Sequence record: NC_027356.1
Direction: 5' to 3' (one strand)
DNA length: 64,000 nucleotides
Source of the DNA: Escherichia phage DT57C
Below the pieces are notes generated by a model. The model worked only from the letters and a program-made list of their open reading frames with translations. It was not told the origin of the DNA and made no database searches. The position numbers were made by a program, and so were the translations under genes. Shown here in pieces: positions 62,399 to 64,000 of this stretch; the first letter of the stretch is position 1, and each line of letters opens with the position of its first letter.

Positions 62399-62743
62399 AT
62401 GGTGATTTATGAAGGTGATCGCCTTGTTGCTGATTGCCGTCCGGCATTGTTAGCAAACTACTTAAACCAGCTTTCGCCAGTATATAAAGGCGTTATAAAT
62501 ATTTATGAAGGCGGGGCGCATTATAAGATTAATGCGGTCGTTGCCCGTGAACTAGCGTTTCAATTTTTAACCTTTTCATCTTGCAATATTCAGGTCATGG
62601 GTGAGGCGTTAATTGCAGAAAATGAAGATGATTTTATTAATATCTTTCGCAAGATATGCACCGAGCGCCTGATAATGAAAGGGGCATATATTCAATCCAC
62701 TGCGGATAGTATTGAAACGGCTTTTCGAAAGGTGGCACAATGA
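62399..62743 (+). CDS. hypothetical protein (114 aa)
   Basis: track ORF; coupled start; no recognisable motif. Confidence 0.45.
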   Translation: MVIYEGDRLVADCRPALLANYLNQLSPVYKGVINIYEGGAHYKINAVVARELAFQFLTFSSCNIQVMGEALIAENEDDFINIFRKICTERLIMKGAYIQSTADSIETAFRKVAQ

Positions 62744-62881
62744 AGCTATATATTTTCGCGGGTAATGTTGAGGCTGCAAATGATTCCGCTGGTGGCGATA
62801 GCGTTCGCCATTATTGGCAAAATTATATTTACTAGGCGTAATGATCACGGGGCACAACTATCAGGGAGTGCCCCTGATTCT

Positions 62882-62904
62882 CAAATGAGAATGATTCTCA
62901 TTTG
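62882..62904. promoter_or_regulatory. perfect 23-bp palindrome, operator-like
   Basis: CAAATGAGAAT-G-ATTCTCATTTG; same AATGAGAAT core as the 23-bp tandem array. Confidence 0.6.
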
Positions 62905-63079
62905 ACCGCGCCCGCGATGGTTAGCACACTAATGATTAGGGTGTTACGTGTCGCCTTGTGTGATCGTTAGCGGGCTAACTAATTTTCAAGCCTCCTCCAG
63001 ATTTGCCCTTGTTTTAGTATCCCCATCAAAATAAAACGCGTTAGAAAGCGATTCAGGGCGTTTTAGGCCTATATTAGAA

Positions 63080-63208
63080 TTATCCACTGCGTAGGAATAC
63101 TGTATATTTATACAGTAGAATAACCTGGGGATAAGTCGGTGGATAACGCTTCAAAATGGCTAGAATTTTGTCAAGGCAAATCGTGCTGTTGATAAGTCTG
63201 TGGATAAC
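63080..63208 (-). promoter_or_regulatory. DnaA-box cluster B, inverted relative to cluster A
   Basis: TTATCCACT at 63080 (+); minus-strand TTATCCACC (63138-63146) and TTATCCACA (63199-63207); 17-mer TTATCCACAGACTTATC shared in inverted orientation with 61463-61479; 8-bp-arm inverted repeat at 63099-63116. Confidence 0.65.
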
Positions 63209-63230
63209 TTAAATAACAGTGTTTCTCACT

Positions 63231-63502
63231 TCCGTTTTTAAATGCGAATCATTATCATTTGCATTCCACTTCTTAAATGAGAATCATTTCACTTCTTGAA
63301 TAGTTCTCATTCCCTTTCTTAAATGAGAATCATTTCACTTCTTGAATAGTTCTCATTTCACTTCTTGAATAGTTCTCATTCCACTTCTTAAATGAGAATC
63401 ATTCCACTTCTTAAATGAGAATCATTCCACCTCTTAAATGAGAATGATTATCATTCGCATTCCACTTCTTAAATGCGAATGATAATCATTCTCATTCGCA
63501 TT
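63231..63502. repeat. 23-bp tandem array (8 units) with palindromic flanks
   Basis: units CCACTTCTTAAATGAGAATCATT and TCACTTCTTGAATAGTTCTCATT in order A-B-A-B-B-A-A-A at 63266-63449, flanked by AATGCGAAT...GCATT palindromic elements. Confidence 0.9.
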
Positions 63503-63510
63503 CCGGCGAG

Positions 63511-63526
63511 CAGGGCAATTGCCCTG
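63511..63526. repeat. 16-bp perfect palindrome
   Basis: CAGGGCAATTGCCCTG. Confidence 0.8.
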
Positions 63527-63530
63527 CGCT

Positions 63531-63755
63531 TATGTGCAAATCCGACAATTGCTCCAAGGGTTACGCGAGGGCATGTATGTGCAAATCCGACCCATTTTTT
63601 GGTAGTGTGCAAATCCGACCCCAAAAATTTATAAATTCGTGAGAGTGACAAATCTGTCTCCCAAAAACTCCAGCAATCACGAACTGCGTTCGAATCCTGT
63701 GGGGTATGTGCAAATCCGACACGGTTTTTCTAGGATTAAGATGTGCGAATCCGAT
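63531..63755 (+). repeat. dispersed direct repeats of a 13-16-bp motif (4 perfect plus 1 variant)
   Basis: (T)ATGTGCAAATCCGAC at 63534, 63579, 63607, 63708; variant GTGCGAATCCGAT at 63743; each followed by a short T- or A-run. Confidence 0.8.
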
Positions 63756-64000
63756 GAAATTTTTGTGACTTCGATGAGAGGGTGTGTGATTGTATAGGTT
63801 TGAGGAGAAGATGAGAGAGCGAGAAAAATTTTGGGGCTAGAAGTGTATGGGCGCAGGATTGGTGCGGAGCACCTGATTTGCGGGGGTTTTGGGGGATAGT
63901 GGAGATAATTTGGGGAAATTTGAGATAGGTGCAGAAAAAGTAAAATTTTATTAGCTAAAGGGGGCAATATAGCTTGACAATTGAAAATTCTTGTGGCTCT

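Noticed and set aside
61402-63208. IS-like or MITE-like mobile element suggested by the inverted 17-bp repeats
   Set aside because: No transposase or recombinase ORF and no target-site duplication visible; the inverted repeats are DnaA-box arrays, more consistent with a regulatory or origin-like role.
61186-63502. CRISPR array hypothesis for the tandem repeats
   Set aside because: The units are contiguous with no unique spacers, are only 15 and 23 bp long, and no cas genes are present.
63681-63710. tRNA-like T-loop string GTTCGAATCC
   Set aside because: Flanking sequence cannot form T-stem or acceptor-stem pairing; no cloverleaf, so not a tRNA.
63469-63967. Minus-strand ORFs 63469..63651 and 63677..63967
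   Set aside because: They lie across repeat arrays and palindromes in the non-coding repeat region, with no RBS and low-complexity products.
1-64000. tRNA genes, integrase/excisionase, lysogeny module
   Set aside because: None seen; organisation is that of a strictly lytic T5-like phage, and any tRNA cluster would lie outside this window.

Overview
This window reads as one contiguous segment of a T5-like siphophage genome (Tequintavirus type), judged from motifs, protein sizes and gene order recalled from phage T5; no database search was possible. Positions 1-25.5 kb carry a plus-strand early replication and nucleotide-metabolism module: anaerobic ribonucleotide reductase NrdD, a split NAD-dependent DNA ligase, DnaB-like helicase, primase, family-A DNA polymerase, D10 helicase, SbcCD-like D12/D13, flap endonuclease D15 and dUTPase. 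It is driven by repeated near-consensus T5-type sigma70 promoters (TTGCTT, 17 bp, TATAAT). Positions 25.7-54.7 kb carry the convergent minus-strand late module: two L-shaped tail fibre genes (LtfA and LtfB, both with a C-terminal intramolecular chaperone domain, as in DT57C-like phages), tail tip and tape-measure genes, tail tube, capsid, protease, portal, terminase and a receptor-binding protein. A divergent lipoprotein gene (llp) follows, then a string of tiny membrane-protein ORFs, then a GC-richer minus-strand block resembling T5 pre-early genes (dmp, A1 and small genes). The last 4 kb (60.1-64.0 kb) is largely non-coding and densely repetitive, resembling the injection-stop region of the T5 terminal repeat; it also holds a compact cassette of small ORFs bracketed by inverted DnaA-box clusters. 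The candidates I consider most worth follow-up are that repeat-and-cassette region, a paralogous family of small proteins with host-like codon usage, and a roughly 580-bp ORF-free leader upstream of the putative origin-binding helicase. Several short-ORF coordinates are approximate, and functional calls for hypothetical proteins are inference.
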